In this document: positions 64,000 through 64,000 of the stretch, in pieces | Layout of the letters: every line of letters begins with the position of its first letter | Position numbering within the stretch: the stretch's first letter is position 1 | Source: Sporosarcina sp. | Lineage (GTDB): Bacteria > Bacillota > Bacilli > Bacillales_A > Planococcaceae | Direction of reading: 5' to 3' | Assembly: GCA_029257435.1 (NCBI GenBank) | Contig: JARIBI010000120.1 | Location: forward strand, 3,564 to 67,563 | Length of the DNA stretch: 64,000 nucleotides | The notes under the pieces: model-generated | Database searches by the model: none | Told to the model about the DNA's origin: nothing | Seen by the model: only the letters and a program-made list of their open reading frames with translations | Made by a program: the position numbers and the translations under genes

Positions 64000-64000
64000 A

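Overview
This is a 64-kb chromosomal window from a spore-forming Bacillales bacterium. The gene set and order fit Planococcaceae/Caryophanaceae, probably Sporosarcina-like, but that assignment is inferred. The right half (~29.5-64 kb, almost all minus strand) is the conserved core transcription/translation region: partial rpoC, L7Ae, the str operon, the S10-spc-alpha operons, ecfAAT-truA, rplM-rpsI, then hpaB, mscS, a rhodanese gene, cwlD, mrp, gerD, kbaA and a pdaB-like gene. Three tRNAs (Asn-Ser-Glu) at 29.3-29.5 kb join it directly to the yteA-menA-menFDHBE ... dps-ytkD-pckA-metK-ytoA-ytpA block, which lies far away in B. subtilis. The left end (0-10 kb) is accessory: bpsAB type III PKS, a T-box-controlled NhaC-family transporter, an SNase-Excalibur nuclease, katE, paired Fluc channels and a UvrD-like helicase. 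I found no mobile element, CRISPR array or recognisable defence system, and I cannot support a claim of a major new multi-gene system. The best leads are: the tRNA-Asn synteny junction (rearrangement or assembly collapse), a 20/40-nt phased repeat array between tuf and rpsJ, a structured RNA upstream of ecfA, a UvrD-Fluc-Fluc coupled unit, a SigB-like promoter on bpsAB, a Tyr-specifier T-box, and two small ORFs. Family calls come from motif recognition, not database searches.
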